Assembly (NCBI GenBank): GCA_905618905.1
Contig: CAJQTH010000015.1
Location: 2,303-66,302, forward strand
DNA length: 64,000 bases
Direction of reading: 5' to 3'
DNA from: an uncultured Candidatus Pelagibacter sp.
Lineage (GTDB): Bacteria; Pseudomonadota; Alphaproteobacteria; Pelagibacterales; Pelagibacteraceae
Under the pieces are notes generated by a model. It saw only the letters and a list, made by a program, of their open reading frames with translations. It was not told the origin of the DNA and made no database searches. The position numbers and the translations under genes are program-made. Positions 63,017 through 64,000 of this stretch are shown in pieces (positions within the stretch are counted from its first letter, which is position 1; the number at the start of each line of letters is the position of its first letter).

Positions 63017-64000
63017 ATGAAGTTTTTCGAAACTTCAAAATATTTTTCTTTAAAAAAATCGACTTATATCAATCTAAGGTGGATTGCTATTATTGGTCAA
63101 TTTATAACTATAAATTCAATTTATTTTATTTTCAATTTTACATTTGGGATAATTTTAGGAAATTTAGTAATTTTAATTGGAATACTTAGTAATCTCTATT
63201 TAATTCATATTAATAAAAACACACAGTTATCTGATAAAATAGCCTTCTCCTTTTTATTAATTGATATTTTACAGCTAAGTTGTTTAATTTATTTAACGGG
63301 GGGAATTGTAAATCCTTTCTCAATTTTTTTGATAATACCAACTATTTTTTCATCATCAAACTTAGGTCTTAAGAGTAATTTATCACTAGCTAGTATCACT
63401 ATTTTAATAATTATTTTTCTTACTTTTTTTAATCATCCGCTGCCATACCCAGTTAATGAACATTTTCACGTTGATAGTTATTACTATTATTCAATACCCA
63501 TTTCATTAATTGTTGCTTTAATTTTTTTAAATTATTTTGCTTTAATTTTTGGCAAAGAATCTAGGATTAGAAAAGAAGCTTTAAATAAAATGGAAGAAAT
63601 TATGTCAAAAGAACATGAGCTTTTGTCATTAGGTGGTCAAGCAGCAGCGGCTGCTCACTCTTTAGGTACTCCATTTTCTACAATAAAGATTATATCTGCA
63701 GATTTATTAAAACAATTCAAAAATAATGTCGAAGTTAAAAAAGATATTGATCTTTTAGTAAGTCAAATTGAAAGATGTAGTGAAATATTAAAAAAATTAA
63801 CACTGAATCCTACCATTGAAGATGATTTTATTGATAGAGATCTAACTATAATTGACTATGTCAATGAAATTATAAAGTCTTTTAAAGAAACAAGTAAAAA
63901 AGAATTTATCATAAATTTTGGTCAATACTCCAATTCATTTAATATTACCAAGTCTATTGAAATTGTTTATGGATTAAGAAATTTTATTGGCAATGCTAAT
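63017..64000 (+). CDS. regB: RegB/PrrB/ActS redox sensor histidine kinase (partial, runs off window end)
   Basis: Read manually: LRWIAIIGQ, LTGGIVNPF quinone-binding motif, H-box AAAAAHSLGTP. Confidence 0.9.
   Translation, partial: MKFFETSKYFSLKKSTYINLRWIAIIGQFITINSIYFIFNFTFGIILGNLVILIGILSNLYLIHINKNTQLSDKIAFSFLLIDILQLSCLIYLTGGIVNPFSIFLIIPTIFSSSNLGLKSNLSLASITILIIIFLTFFNHPLPYPVNEHFHVDSYYYYSIPISLIVALIFLNYFALIFGKESRIRKEALNKMEEIMSKEHELLSLGGQAAAAAHSLGTPFSTIKIISADLLKQFKNNVEVKKDIDLLVSQIERCSEILKKLTLNPTIEDDFIDRDLTIIDYVNEIIKSFKETSKKEFIINFGQYSNSFNITKSIEIVYGLRNFIGNAN

Overview
Very AT-rich, tightly packed alphaproteobacterial chromosome segment. Gene order, tiny or overlapping spacers and protein style strongly resemble Pelagibacteraceae (SAR11); this assignment is inferred, not database-confirmed. 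About 55 kb is core genome: fabB/fabA, irr-rubrerythrin-FeS oxidoreductase-DUF3501, dut/coaBC/ubiB/ubiE/mutM, rpsT-dnaA-dnaN, lysA/argH, coq7/dsbB, fadD, carD-fdxA-helicase, thiolase, aceE-aceF, gltD-gltB, thrS-infC-rpmI-rplT-pheST-lepA, gyrB and regB, plus three tRNAs (Leu-CAA, Arg-ACG, Ser-GGA). One ~8 kb surface-glycan island of 7 genes lies between lepA and tRNA-Ser. The most interesting signal is absent from the ORF track: an apparent stand-alone transcription unit at ~22956-23185 (TTGACA promoter, GANTC-containing hairpin, GGGAG RBS, strong terminator) encoding a 29-aa peptide, MATRKKAKKAKKKTKKKAKKAKKAKKRKR, with 20 of 29 residues basic. It converges on a CarD carrying a ~105-aa histone-H1-like Lys-rich N-terminal tail, suggesting a possible nucleoid-compaction/transcription locus. 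Other points: a 46-bp tandem repeat upstream of dnaA, an AceE with an N-terminal lipoyl domain, an atypical short GyrB, ICE boxes, a perfect palindrome before gltD, and a glycosyltransferase whose stop codon lies inside a tRNA. No CRISPR array, rRNA, integrase or transposase was seen.
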